Origin: a virus
Taxonomy: Duplodnaviria; Caudoviricetes
DNA: 62,836 bases
Strand: one strand, 5' to 3'
Virus record (IMG/VR): IMGVR_UViG_3300009183_000098
Location: 1 to 62,836 of that record
Shown in pieces: positions 9,605 to 20,624 of this stretch. The notes below the pieces were generated by a model. That model saw only the letters and a program-made list of their open reading frames with translations, was not told the DNA's origin and searched no databases. Positions within the stretch are counted from its first letter, which is position 1. The number at the start of each line of letters is the position of its first letter. Both the position numbers and the translations under genes were made by a program.

Positions 9605-12160
9605 ATGGGCAATATAAAGTTAGATATACCCGATATTACGGTTGTTGTTGAGAAAGGAACCGAATATCTCTCCACAGTAACGCCCAGTGAAATATATCAA
9701 ATATTGGTTAATACTGGAGACAACTATAATGTTGTTGTGGGTGACCCTGCTACTATTACGGTCAATGGATCGGGTAGTTATTTAACTGTTGCCGATTATG
9801 CCAGCACCGCAAGCTATGCGTTATTTGCACAATCAATCGTTGCCGGCGGCGCAGTAGTCTACGATACCATTTCTGCCTCTAACGCATATTTTGGTAATCT
9901 CACCGTATCACAATCTATCAGAGCCAATTTATTTACTGGGTCATTCGTTGGCAACCTCGTAGGAACCAGCAGTTGGGCAAGTAATGCAGTATCTAGTTCA
10001 TTTGCATTAACGGCAAGTTATGTGCCTGGTGCCGCAAGTACATGGGATGCTATAACAAATAAACCAACTGGATTAGTATCCAGTTCTGTTCAAATTAATA
10101 CTGGGTCGTTTAGTGGGTCATTTACTGGTAGATTAAGTGGGACAGGAAGTTGGGCAAATAATTCTATTTCCGCATCATACGCCCCAGTTGCAGTCGGCAC
10201 GGTCAGTAGTTCTGCGCAAGTCAATACGGGATCGTTTACTGGTTCATTTACCGGAGTACTTACGGGGGCATTGGTTGGGACTGCCAGTTGGGCAACGAGT
10301 GCATCGTATGTACTTCCGAGTGGACTCCCATCAGGAATAGTCTCCAGTTCCTCACAAGTCTCGTATACGGGACTTAGTAATGTTCCAAGTGGTATCGTGT
10401 CGAGTTCTTCTCAAATTAATACTGGGTCATTTACGGGGTCGTTTATTGGAACTCACAGTGGTTCCACATTTGGTACCGCAAGTTGGGCACAATCGGCCTC
10501 CTTTGCTCCAACTATACTTCCATCGGGAATCGTATCTAGTTCTGGTCAAGTATCTTATACTGGACTGTCCAATGTTCCTGCAAATATTGTATCTAGTTCA
10601 ACTCAAATTGTTGCGCTTGGATTTGCTACCACGGGGTCAAATTCATTTAATGGCAATCAAACTATAACAGGCTCTCTTATTCAAGGATTGGAGGGAAATA
10701 TAGCAACCGGAGAAAACTCCCATGCTGAAGGAAGTATTACTAAAGCAATAGGAAACTACTCCCATGCCGAAGGAGATAATACCCAAGCAAAAGGAGACTA
10801 CTCACATGCGGAAGGGCAGGAAACCATAGCATCGGGTTCATATTCACATGCAGAGGGTTATCAAACAATAGCATTAGCCAATCATCAACACGTACAGGGC
10901 CAATATAACGCTGTATCGTCCGTACCTGCCGCTTTTATTGTGGGTAATGGAACTGACGATAGTAATAGAAGTAATCTTATATATGCCGCAGGAAATGAAG
11001 TACATATAACTGGTTCACTGAAAGTTACTACCGGCATTACCGGTTCGTTATTTGGAACCAGTAGTCAAGCAGTAACAGCATCGTATGTATTACCTACCGG
11101 ATTGCCAGCAGGAACAGTGTCCGGTTCTGGACAAGTATCATACACGGGATTATCTAATATTCCATCGGGTATTGTATCTAGTTCTACTCAAGTTACTGCA
11201 CTGTTACCAACAGGAACCGTTTCTAGTTCTGTACAAATTAACACTGGTAGTTTTAGTGGAAGCATAACAACCTCCTCGTTTGCAATTACATCAAGTTTTG
11301 CAATATCGGCATCATTTGCACCCACTATACTACCGTCTGGTGTAGTATCCAGTTCTGCTCAAGTATCATACACTGGACTCTCTAATGTACCTGCAAATAT
11401 CGTATCTAGTTCGGGCCAAGTTACTGCATTCTTGCCAACGGGAATCGTATCCAGTTCGGTTCAAATTAACACGGGGTCGTTTACTGGGTCGTTTACTGGC
11501 ACCCATAGTGGTTCCATATTTGGAACGGCAAGTTTTGCAATCTCGGCGTCATTTGCGCCAATCATACTTCCGTCTGGTGTCGTATCTAGTTCTGGCCAAG
11601 TCTCCTATGCGGGACTCTCTAATGTACCGGCAAACATTGTATCTAGCTCAATTCAAGTATCATATACAGGACTCTCCAACATTCCATCGGGTATTGTTAG
11701 TAGTTCTGGTCAAGTTACCTCATTGTTGCCAAATGGAACCGTATCTAGTTCTACTCAAATTAATACCGGAAGTTTCACGGGGTCATTTACGGGAACCTTG
11801 ATTGGTACAGCAAGTTGGGCAAGTAACGCTATCTCCTCCTCGTTTGCCACCACGGCAAGTTACGCACTAAATGCAACCGCGACGTTACCGTCTGGACTTA
11901 TTTCAAGTTCTACGCAATTTACATCTCTTACGGCTCCGTTTACTGGTTCTTTCACGGGGTCATTTATCGGAACGCATAGTGGTTCCACGTTTGGCACAGC
12001 TAGTTATGCAACATCTGCAAGTGCGGCAACCTCAATTACCTTTACTCCGTTAACCGCGTCATTTGCTACCACAGCAAGTGCGGCAACATCTATCACATTT
12101 ACACCCGTTACTGCTTCATACGCACTAACAGCAAGTTTCATAGACGGTGGATTTTATTAA
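9605..12160 (+). CDS. Ser/Thr/Gly-rich repeat fibre protein with YadA-head-like SHAEG repeats
   Basis: Many TGSFTGSF, SSSxQVSYTGLSNVP and TASYA repeats; 14-aa SHAEG repeats; ends IDGGFY. Confidence 0.75.
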   Translation: MGNIKLDIPDITVVVEKGTEYLSTVTPSEIYQILVNTGDNYNVVVGDPATITVNGSGSYLTVADYASTASYALFAQSIVAGGAVVYDTISASNAYFGNLTVSQSIRANLFTGSFVGNLVGTSSWASNAVSSSFALTASYVPGAASTWDAITNKPTGLVSSSVQINTGSFSGSFTGRLSGTGSWANNSISASYAPVAVGTVSSSAQVNTGSFTGSFTGVLTGALVGTASWATSASYVLPSGLPSGIVSSSSQVSYTGLSNVPSGIVSSSSQINTGSFTGSFIGTHSGSTFGTASWAQSASFAPTILPSGIVSSSGQVSYTGLSNVPANIVSSSTQIVALGFATTGSNSFNGNQTITGSLIQGLEGNIATGENSHAEGSITKAIGNYSHAEGDNTQAKGDYSHAEGQETIASGSYSHAEGYQTIALANHQHVQGQYNAVSSVPAAFIVGNGTDDSNRSNLIYAAGNEVHITGSLKVTTGITGSLFGTSSQAVTASYVLPTGLPAGTVSGSGQVSYTGLSNIPSGIVSSSTQVTALLPTGTVSSSVQINTGSFSGSITTSSFAITSSFAISASFAPTILPSGVVSSSAQVSYTGLSNVPANIVSSSGQVTAFLPTGIVSSSVQINTGSFTGSFTGTHSGSIFGTASFAISASFAPIILPSGVVSSSGQVSYAGLSNVPANIVSSSIQVSYTGLSNIPSGIVSSSGQVTSLLPNGTVSSSTQINTGSFTGSFTGTLIGTASWASNAISSSFATTASYALNATATLPSGLISSSTQFTSLTAPFTGSFTGSFIGTHSGSTFGTASYATSASAATSITFTPLTASFATTASAATSITFTPVTASYALTASFIDGGFY

Positions 12161-12258
12161 TAATGTTCAGTAAATTTCTCACAACACCCCACAAATAATG
12201 GTAAGTACCCAACTGATTGATATTTATTATAATACGATACTCTCTACGAGACAGTGTT

Positions 12259-15200
12259 ATGGCAGATAAAATATTACATAAACGAAATTTAACATCTAAT
12301 ACAACTCCCACAACAGCATCATTAGATATTGGGGAATTGGCTATTAATGTTGCCGACGCAAAAATATTCGTTAAACAATCTGGCAGTAGTGGTCAGTTTG
12401 TACGGAGTATTCTTACATTAGATACCCCGAACACGGGTAGTATTAATTTATTAGGTAATATCACTGCATCGCAGTTATTTGGTACTGCATCAACCGCAAT
12501 TTCTGCCAGTTATGCACCAGTTCCAACGGGTACCGTATCCAGTTCTCAGCAAATAAATACAGGTTCTTTTACAGGTTCGTTTATTGGTATTCACAGTGGG
12601 TCATTGTTCGGTACGAGTAGTTGGGCAAGTAATGCTATTTCCTCTTCATTTGCCGCCACCGCATCAGCAGCAACATCCATCACGTTTACGCCGACAACAG
12701 CATCCTTTGCTACCACAGCATCCTATGCAGTAAATGCAATTACGACACTTCCTAGTGGACTTATTTCAAGTTCCACGCAGGTTACCGCAAGTTTGGTGGG
12801 TACAGCCATCAACCCCTCACTCGTATCAGCAAGTACCGTGAGTGCGTCTGCATTACACGTTACTACATTGGCTACTGTTAAGGGCCCATTGGAATTACAA
12901 AATACTTCTAGACCATCTCCGATTAATGCAAATTCGGCATATTGGTTTGTGAGTGGAGCAAATAATAATTTTGGAACGGATTTATATTATACCCACAATG
13001 GTGATACCAATCGCATGGATTGGTTTGAAGGAATGTTGGGGTCTAGTCTACTCTACGGCGGTATCGTCAGTTGGAGTGCGGCAAACATATACGTGTCCAG
13101 TGGGTCAGGATTAATTGTCAATCATAATATATCCACGGGGTCGGAAGCATCTCCGACAATTACCTATATACAATGGCCTAGTCAATCCGCTGTAATTTCT
13201 GGTATTAGTACACGGCAAGTTACCTATCTGTATCTTGATAACACGGGCACGATACAACAACAAACGACTCCATTTACTCCCGAGCAATATTATCAATATA
13301 TTCCCTTGGGAGCCGTTGGGCATTTTGATTATGCAAATGTTGCGGCATTTGGTGGAGCAGTTACTACCCATTATAATCAAATTCATCAAACAAACACCTT
13401 TATTGATGCGTTTGGACCATTAAAATTAAGTGGATATACCATCACTGCACAACCAGCATCATTACGATTAAGTGTTGGATTAGGCAAGGGATTTATTCAC
13501 GGGGGATTCTATAAGCAAAATCCAACACTTCCATCGGTAATTGATACTACTGCCGTAGCAACGGCAAGTATGGCACGGGTATATCGGTCTGGATCAAATG
13601 GTAATATAAAATTTGATACCAATGGGGGAGCAATGTATACCGTTGCAGACCCGTCATTATATGATAATGGGACCGGTATATTAGCAGCAGTGGGAAATTC
13701 CCAATGGACCATTCAACGAGTATTTACTGACCCCGTAACCAATACGTTGTATGTATACTATGGTCAAAATAAATATAATACGTATTTAAATGCGGTTGCC
13801 GCAATCAACACGGACCCCTTTACGGAAGGTGCCGCAACTCAAGAATTTACAATATTTGCAGGATATATAATTGCAAAAGGCAATGAAACTAACTTATCAA
13901 GTGCCGATAGCTCGGTTACTCAAGCAGGATTATTTCGAAATACTTCGGGTGCTAGTACAAGTGCAGGAGCAGCAACTACGGCATTAGAGCAACTCACCGA
14001 CGTTTCCATTATTTCTCCAAGCAATGGGCAAGCATTGGTATATAATGCAGGTGTCTGGAGTAATGCAGTCGCGGCAACTTCTTCGTTTGCTACCACGGCA
14101 TCTGCCGCAATGTCAATTACGTTTACTCCGCAGTCAGCATCTTTTGCAACCACCGCATCCTTTGCAGTATCGGCTTCATGGGCACCAACACAAGCTATGG
14201 GGTCAACCGCATGGGGAGATCTTACCGGCATTCCGGCAGGATTGGTTAGTAGTTCTACCCAAATTAATACCGGTTCGTTTAGTGGGTCGTTTGTAGGTAC
14301 TTTGACGGGAACAAGCAGTTGGGCAACGTCGGCGTCATATGTACTTCCATCGGGGTTACCGGCGGGAACCGTATCTAGTTCTGCTCAAGTATCGTATACT
14401 GGAATCTCCAATATACCCGTAAACATTGTATCCAGTTCTACGCAAGTTACATCTTTCCTACCTACGGGAACCGTATCTAGTTCTGGACAAATATCCTACA
14501 CAGGTCTATCCAATATACCAGTAAATATTGTATCCAGTTCTGCTCAAGTTACTGCGTTCTTACCTGCCGGAACGGTAAGTAGTTCTACGCAAATTAACAC
14601 AGGGTCGTTTACAGGGTCGTTTACTGGAACATTAATTGGAACATCCAGTTGGGCAAGTAATGCAATATCTAGTTCTTTTACTACCACATCAAGTTTTGCA
14701 ACATCTGCTTCCTTTGCCCCAACAATATTACCAACCGGAGTGGTATCTAGTTCTGGTCAAGTATCTTATACGGGACTTTCCAATATACCTGCAAACATTG
14801 TATCTAGTTCCGGTCAAGTTGCATCGTTCTTACCTGCCGGAACAATATCTAGTTCAGGACAAGTATCCTATACGGGACTCTCTAATATTCCATCGGGTAT
14901 TGTATCCAGTTCTACTCAAGTTACGGCGTTCTTACCAAATGGCACAGTCTCTAGTTCGGTCCAAATTAACACGGGTTCGTTTACGGGTTCGTTTATTGGA
15001 ACTCATAGCGGTTCTACATTTGGTACCGCATCAAATGCAATCTCCGCAAGTTTTGCAGTTTCTGCATCGTGGGCACCATCTTCTGCTGGTTCTGGCGTAA
15101 CATCTATCACTGTCAGTGACGGGTTAAGTGGTGGCGTTATTACAACAACCGGTATCATTAGTTTAAATACCGGCTCCGCACATTTCTTAGACGGGGTGAA

Positions 15201-16458
15201 GAAAAAAATAAACACCGAAGGAGTCATTAGTAGTTCTCAACAAATTAACACAGGGTCGTTTACAGGTTCGTTTACGGGAACATTCATTGGAACGAGTAGT
15301 GTAGCAACAACTGCTTCCTTTGCCCCAACCATACTTCCATCAGGAGTCGTATCTAGTTCCGGTCAAGTATCGTATACAGGACTCTCTAATGTACCCGCAA
15401 ACATTGTATCTAGTTCTACGCAAGTTACAGCGTTCTTGCCTACCGGAACGGTATCTAGTTCTGGTCAAGTATCTTATACAGGACTCTCCAATGTTCCATC
15501 GGGTATTGTTAGCAGTTCAAATCAATTTAATGCGTTGACCAATACATCCGCGTCATACGCCACTCGTACACCGTTAGGTACATCCTACGACAGTCGTTCA
15601 ATTACCTTCGTGGGCAATTCTCGTATTACCGACGATGGCACTGGCAACATTGATATTATTGCCGGAAGCCCTGCGTCTTATGCAGAAATAGGCAGTTTTA
15701 ATAATGAAAATTTCGTATATGTTGATAATTCCGGGACATACATCCAGACTAACTATACGACCAATCCAACACGGCTCTGGACTTTTGGTATGGACGGTAC
15801 ATTAACTGCTCCCGGCTTAATTATTGGAACAGCAAGTTGGGCAAGTAATGTAATATCTAGTTCATTTGCTACCACCGCATCCTATGCACTAAACGCAACA
15901 GCAACCGTACCTGCTGGTACTGTCTCTAGTTCCACACAATTTACCTCACTAACGGCACCGTTTACCGGCTCGTTTACGGGGTCATTCAAGGGTGATGGTA
16001 CTGGATTAACAGGAGTGACGGCAACCGCATTCCCGTATGTTGGCGCAGCAGTTATTAGTGGGTCATTGACCATCACGGGCAGTAACGCATTAAGCATCAC
16101 GGGGTCTGCCACGATTGTGGGAGCATTTCAAGCAACCACCAAGAGTTTCAAAATTGACCATCAACGGTTGTTGGGCAAGAAACTTATCTATGGGGTATTG
16201 GAAGGACCAGAACACGGCGTATATGCGCGGGGACGGTTAACACAAAATAATATCATTCAATTACCAGAAGAATGGGAATGGTTAGTAGACCCCGATAGTA
16301 TTACCGTACAATTAACTCCAATTGGTACACAACAAATATTATATGTGCAAAACATTGAAAATAATACCGTAATTATTAATTCAAATACACCAATTGATTG
16401 TTTCTACTATGTACAAGCAACTCGTAAGGATGTTGACCCACTAACAACGGTGGAATAA
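12259..16458 (+). CDS. Long tail-fibre-like protein
   Basis: Start moved to MADKIL; N-terminal GELAINVAD.K.F fibre motif; same repeats as 9605; C-terminal KSF.IDH...LEGPE.GVY.RG domain. Confidence 0.8.
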   Translation: MADKILHKRNLTSNTTPTTASLDIGELAINVADAKIFVKQSGSSGQFVRSILTLDTPNTGSINLLGNITASQLFGTASTAISASYAPVPTGTVSSSQQINTGSFTGSFIGIHSGSLFGTSSWASNAISSSFAATASAATSITFTPTTASFATTASYAVNAITTLPSGLISSSTQVTASLVGTAINPSLVSASTVSASALHVTTLATVKGPLELQNTSRPSPINANSAYWFVSGANNNFGTDLYYTHNGDTNRMDWFEGMLGSSLLYGGIVSWSAANIYVSSGSGLIVNHNISTGSEASPTITYIQWPSQSAVISGISTRQVTYLYLDNTGTIQQQTTPFTPEQYYQYIPLGAVGHFDYANVAAFGGAVTTHYNQIHQTNTFIDAFGPLKLSGYTITAQPASLRLSVGLGKGFIHGGFYKQNPTLPSVIDTTAVATASMARVYRSGSNGNIKFDTNGGAMYTVADPSLYDNGTGILAAVGNSQWTIQRVFTDPVTNTLYVYYGQNKYNTYLNAVAAINTDPFTEGAATQEFTIFAGYIIAKGNETNLSSADSSVTQAGLFRNTSGASTSAGAATTALEQLTDVSIISPSNGQALVYNAGVWSNAVAATSSFATTASAAMSITFTPQSASFATTASFAVSASWAPTQAMGSTAWGDLTGIPAGLVSSSTQINTGSFSGSFVGTLTGTSSWATSASYVLPSGLPAGTVSSSAQVSYTGISNIPVNIVSSSTQVTSFLPTGTVSSSGQISYTGLSNIPVNIVSSSAQVTAFLPAGTVSSSTQINTGSFTGSFTGTLIGTSSWASNAISSSFTTTSSFATSASFAPTILPTGVVSSSGQVSYTGLSNIPANIVSSSGQVASFLPAGTISSSGQVSYTGLSNIPSGIVSSSTQVTAFLPNGTVSSSVQINTGSFTGSFIGTHSGSTFGTASNAISASFAVSASWAPSSAGSGVTSITVSDGLSGGVITTTGIISLNTGSAHFLDGVKKKINTEGVISSSQQINTGSFTGSFTGTFIGTSSVATTASFAPTILPSGVVSSSGQVSYTGLSNVPANIVSSSTQVTAFLPTGTVSSSGQVSYTGLSNVPSGIVSSSNQFNALTNTSASYATRTPLGTSYDSRSITFVGNSRITDDGTGNIDIIAGSPASYAEIGSFNNENFVYVDNSGTYIQTNYTTNPTRLWTFGMDGTLTAPGLIIGTASWASNVISSSFATTASYALNATATVPAGTVSSSTQFTSLTAPFTGSFTGSFKGDGTGLTGVTATAFPYVGAAVISGSLTITGSNALSITGSATIVGAFQATTKSFKIDHQRLLGKKLIYGVLEGPEHGVYARGRLTQNNIIQLPEEWEWLVDPDSITVQLTPIGTQQILYVQNIENNTVIINSNTPIDCFYYVQATRKDVDPLTTVE

Positions 16459-16524
16459 GATGCCAACCCTTGCAAATATAGTATCTGCCAGTTTCTTACA
16501 ACTTTACTACGAGAGTGCCGTCTA

Positions 16525-17223
16525 ATGGGATACCTAAGCGCAGAGACACTCGATGTAAGTGGCGGTAGCGGGACATTTACTGTTCCGTCTGGCTGCACGT
16601 TTTTGCTGGTAAAGCTGGCCGTTAGCACAGGAGCAGTTCCTAGTTCTGTGACGCTTGGTGGGACTTCTGCCGCTACGGTTGCAACCACGGATAACGGAGA
16701 CTCTCTAGCTGTTGGCGTCTACTCAAGGGTATCGCCAGCGATTGGGTCGTTGGCCCTCGCATACAGTTCTGGCGCAACGTATGGTCAGGCAACACTTGAG
16801 TATTACGATAGCATTGATTCCGTGCGAGGAAGTGCAACAGCGGGCGGCAACTACGCCACATCGTTTTCACTTGGTGTGACATCTGTTGCTGCTGATTTAT
16901 GCTCAGATTTCATTGTCATCCAAGAAAACGCCACCGCAACGGCGGGTGGATCGCAGACGCTAATCTTGTCCAGCACGTTCGCTGTCACGCCAAAGATGTA
17001 CGCGGCGTCTCGGCAAACCGCGTCTGGTACAACCACCACATTTAGCTGGACGACAAATGGCGCAGGACAGCGACAGGCGCACATTGCGGTCGCGTTGATC
17101 CCTGCAGCGACCCCAATTCGACGAAGTGAGGCACGCATAGTATCTGTACCCGGCGCGGGAGCAAACACATTGTTTACGATTTCACAAACTCCTGTTGGAA
17201 ACCTTATAGTAGGAAGTCAATAA
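16525..17223 (+). CDS. Hypothetical beta-rich virion/adhesin protein
   Basis: 232-aa ORF, Ala/Thr/Ser/Gly-rich, visibly more GC-rich than its flanks. Confidence 0.6.
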   Translation: MGYLSAETLDVSGGSGTFTVPSGCTFLLVKLAVSTGAVPSSVTLGGTSAATVATTDNGDSLAVGVYSRVSPAIGSLALAYSSGATYGQATLEYYDSIDSVRGSATAGGNYATSFSLGVTSVAADLCSDFIVIQENATATAGGSQTLILSSTFAVTPKMYAASRQTASGTTTTFSWTTNGAGQRQAHIAVALIPAATPIRRSEARIVSVPGAGANTLFTISQTPVGNLIVGSQ

Positions 17224-17304
17224 TATGTCTACATCACCACACAGCGGAAACGATTCGGCATCTAATTGATATGTATATATACGAGCTTTTCATGAGGACT
17301 ACTA

Positions 17305-18102
17305 GTGCCAAATAATATTCTAATAACACCTGGAAGTGCGTCCATACAATTTAGTGGTTCCTTAGAAAATACTATCCGATTGCAAGTAAATCCTTCTGGA
17401 AATGTTGGATTCATTAGTGAATCTGTGTCATTACTTGATATTAACCGTCAAGGAATAATAATTACGGGTTCACTACGCATGAATTCTGGGGGTATTACGG
17501 GATCATTGTTTGGAACGAGTAGTGTTGCAACAACATCAAGTTTTGCAACAACATCATCTGCTGCAACGTCTATTACCTTTACTCCATCAACTGCATCATT
17601 TGCCACCACCGCAGCAACTGCATCATCATTCACAGGATATATTAATTTCCCGAATGGATTAGATGTTTCAGGATCACTTAATATATTGTCAGGCAGTATA
17701 AATGTAACGAATGGGGGTATAACAGGATCATTAACCTCCGGTTCTGTAACAAATATATCTCAATTAAGTATGTTAGTGTCTGGAACTATTACTGCAAGCG
17801 GCACGACTTCGGTAACATTAAATTTAAATACGGCAAATTATTTTTCTGTATCGGCGTCAGGAGCAGGAACCGTAACATGGGCAGTAACTAATCTACCTGT
17901 CACCGACCGTGCACAAACCTTTGTTATTGAATATACCAACGGTGGTATTAAAACAAATAATTGGTTTACCAATACTCGGTGGCCCGCAGGTATTGCCCCA
18001 TCACTAACATCAGCATCGGCAAATCCCGATATGCTTAGTTTTACCACCGACGATGCGGGTTCAAATTTGAGAGGGCTATTATTACAACGGGGTAGTGCCT
18101 AA
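17305..18102 (+). CDS. Short fibre-like virion protein
   Basis: GITGSLFGT and TASFA repeats; C-terminal W...RWPAG.AP.L....D...F.T.D domain seen in phage fibre proteins. Confidence 0.65.
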   Translation: MPNNILITPGSASIQFSGSLENTIRLQVNPSGNVGFISESVSLLDINRQGIIITGSLRMNSGGITGSLFGTSSVATTSSFATTSSAATSITFTPSTASFATTAATASSFTGYINFPNGLDVSGSLNILSGSINVTNGGITGSLTSGSVTNISQLSMLVSGTITASGTTSVTLNLNTANYFSVSASGAGTVTWAVTNLPVTDRAQTFVIEYTNGGIKTNNWFTNTRWPAGIAPSLTSASANPDMLSFTTDDAGSNLRGLLLQRGSA

Positions 18103-18103
18103 G

Positions 18104-18979
18104 ATGTCAACATTTCCAGCATTTTACTTAAAAGCATACGAACCAACAAGCGAATCCTTATTTACAACCGTGGGGACATCCTCCTTTACCGTACCGAATG
18201 ATGTCTACACCATTTCTGCGGTGTGTATTGGTGGCGGCGGTGGTGGTGGTGGAGCACTAAATACTAACGGTGGGGCTGGTGGTGGTGGTGGAGCATTATC
18301 ATATAACACATTTGCCGTAGTACCAAATACAATACTACAAGTAGTAGTAGGACAATCGGGGTCCGGTGGTGTGGCGGGAAACAACGCTGGCGGCACGGGG
18401 GGAGCATCGTGGGTCACCGGAAGTAACATTGTGTATGTTCGTGCAAATGGCGGCGGTGGTGGTGCGGGCGGCAATGCAACAACGGCAGGAATTGCTGGTG
18501 TACGTATATCTGGGTCTGGTGGAAATGGGGGGGCAGGAGGGACCAGTACGGGTACCGTTGCTGGCGGTGGCGGTGGCGCAGGAGGATATTCGGGAACTGG
18601 TGGAAACGGTGCTGCCGGTGCCGGTGCGGTTGGTACTGGTGGTGGTGGCGGGGGAGGAGGTGCATCTAATGCCGCCGGTGGTGCTGGTGGTGGTGGTGTA
18701 AATTTGTATGGGTCTGGTTCTAGTGGTGCGGCAGGAGCTACTACACCAACTGGTGGGGGCATAGGAAGTCCATCGGGTCCAGCAACGGCAGGTACAGCCC
18801 CTGCTGCTAACAATGGTGGGGCGGGTGGCACACCGGGTGGTGGTGGTGGTGGTGGAAACGATTCTGGCGTGAACCAATCTGGTGGGGCCGGGGGTCGTGG
18901 GGAATGTAGATTAATTTTTGGAGTGGGGCGAGCATATCCTCTCCAAGTAAATGCAACAGGGTCATTAAATCATGGGTAA
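18104..18979 (+). CDS. Glycine-rich tail fibre/adhesin protein
   Basis: FTVP..V..I...CIGGGGGG start followed by polyglycine tracts. Confidence 0.75.
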   Translation: MSTFPAFYLKAYEPTSESLFTTVGTSSFTVPNDVYTISAVCIGGGGGGGGALNTNGGAGGGGGALSYNTFAVVPNTILQVVVGQSGSGGVAGNNAGGTGGASWVTGSNIVYVRANGGGGGAGGNATTAGIAGVRISGSGGNGGAGGTSTGTVAGGGGGAGGYSGTGGNGAAGAGAVGTGGGGGGGGASNAAGGAGGGGVNLYGSGSSGAAGATTPTGGGIGSPSGPATAGTAPAANNGGAGGTPGGGGGGGNDSGVNQSGGAGGRGECRLIFGVGRAYPLQVNATGSLNHG

Positions 18980-18982
18980 TAT

Positions 18983-19453
18983 ATGAAATTTAGACATAAT
19001 GATACAGGACAGATTTTTAACAGTGACGGAGAATTACGATTAGCGTATTCCAATATTTCGTTTCCCGTCAACCTAGACCAAAATGCATTAGAATTTGCAA
19101 ATGTTAGTATTGTGATAGAGGTACCACCGCCAAATATAACCGAATTGCAACGAGTTGATTATAACGGAGTACAATTAATCAATGGCAATTGGAGTGATGT
19201 GTGGTCCATTCATCCTAAATATGATGATCTTACTGAGCAAGCAGCATGGGAAGTGGAATGCGTGGAAGGCCAATGGAGTACTATTCGTGGAGAGCGCGAT
19301 AGATTATTACTGCAATCTGATTGGACGCAATTAGTAGATTGCACACTATCCACCGAACAAAAAACATTGTGGGTAACCTATCGCCAAGATTTACGGGATG
19401 TACCGCAAACGCAAACCAATCCGTTGAATATTATTTGGCCGACGTTGCCATAA
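18983..19453 (+). CDS. Tail fibre assembly chaperone
   Basis: IR.ERD.LL..SDWTQL.D...W..YRQ.LRD.P...I.WP motif. Confidence 0.85.
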   Translation: MKFRHNDTGQIFNSDGELRLAYSNISFPVNLDQNALEFANVSIVIEVPPPNITELQRVDYNGVQLINGNWSDVWSIHPKYDDLTEQAAWEVECVEGQWSTIRGERDRLLLQSDWTQLVDCTLSTEQKTLWVTYRQDLRDVPQTQTNPLNIIWPTLP

Positions 19454-19522
19454 CTTTACTCGACGGTAAACCAGTATGGTAAACTAGTTATGTACAGGAC
19501 ATACTTATAAAGAATATAATTT

Positions 19523-20371
19523 ATGGGATTAAAAGAATATATTAGATTAGGGGCAAATCTTTCACGGGGATCAATTACTACCCAAACCGATGCAATTGGA
19601 TCGGGCTCGGTAGAACTGGGTTCTGCGTATGCCTTACTTAGTATTCAAACTACTACCGCGTGTCGGTTAAGATTATACGATAATAGTCAAAGTTTAGATA
19701 ATGTGGCGGAAAAAAATAGAATATTTGGTAATACAAACATTTCCGCCTCGACGGCATTAATCGGTGATTTCACGATGAGTGCAGGAATATATACCATTGA
19801 TCCTATCGTATACGGTGTAGTTGATCCTGCAAATACAAAATTAACGTATTATCGGGTAGACAATACTGCATCAGCACAATATCCCGCATTGACGTTTACC
19901 AGATATTTATTAGAAGATGCAACGATAAGTACGAGTAATAGAGTATCATTGCCTAATATTACTGGAAGTTTAAGTGTCGGACAAATAATTAGTGGATCAA
20001 TTGCAAATGTTCAAATTCCAAAGACCTACTTATTAGTAAGTGCGTCATTAAATGCAACGACAACTGCGGCACGTGTAAGATTATATAGTATTCCTACCTC
20101 TATTAATGATGCTACAGAAAAAAATAGAGGATTTGTAACCGAATCGCAAATGAGCACGTTAATAGTCGATGCAATCATTACTGGTAGTGAAACAACCTAT
20201 TTTATTCCAAAAATTATTGGGGCAAACCTATCGGACATGGGAACGTCGTTGAATGTACTAACCATACCGGAAGGAACAAGTGAAATATATTATATTTTTC
20301 AAAGTATGGCAACAACAGGCGGAGCACAGAATATGACGGCATCATTACATGTCCTTTCGGTGGAAAATTAA
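19523..20371 (+). CDS. Hypothetical virion protein with two-fold internal repeat
   Basis: RLRLY...EKNRIF and RVRLY...EKNRGF halves; upstream ATACTTATA motif. Confidence 0.6.
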   Translation: MGLKEYIRLGANLSRGSITTQTDAIGSGSVELGSAYALLSIQTTTACRLRLYDNSQSLDNVAEKNRIFGNTNISASTALIGDFTMSAGIYTIDPIVYGVVDPANTKLTYYRVDNTASAQYPALTFTRYLLEDATISTSNRVSLPNITGSLSVGQIISGSIANVQIPKTYLLVSASLNATTTAARVRLYSIPTSINDATEKNRGFVTESQMSTLIVDAIITGSETTYFIPKIIGANLSDMGTSLNVLTIPEGTSEIYYIFQSMATTGGAQNMTASLHVLSVEN

Positions 20372-20611
20372 ATGTTATCTGTATATCCCTTTGGATCAGG
20401 TTCATTATATACCGCATCCTATGCAGTTAGTGCGTCACATGCAATTTCGGCAAGTTTCATTAAATCCGTATACTCTGCATCTACTGCCGGAATTGTATTA
20501 TTTCCACAATCCGGCTCTCGCGGAAAAAGTGTATGTACAATAACATATGCACAATATCTGTCATTACAAGCCGGGTCTGGGTCGGGCTATGTTGAAATCT
20601 GCAATTTTTAA
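20372..20611 (+). CDS. Small hypothetical protein (F/Y-P-F/L-G N-terminal family)
   Basis: Abuts previous stop; YPFG..TASYA. Confidence 0.55.
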   Translation: MLSVYPFGSGSLYTASYAVSASHAISASFIKSVYSASTAGIVLFPQSGSRGKSVCTITYAQYLSLQAGSGSGYVEICNF

Positions 20612-20624
20612 TTAGAGTATTCAT

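Noticed and set aside
9605-16458. Diversity-generating retroelement acting on fibre repeats
   Set aside because: No reverse transcriptase in the window; repeats are in-frame and do not show adenine-specific differences
18205-18877. Long reverse-strand Pro-rich ORFs
   Set aside because: Antisense shadows of the Gly-rich gene; the same applies to minus-strand ORFs over the tape measure and PT-repeat genes
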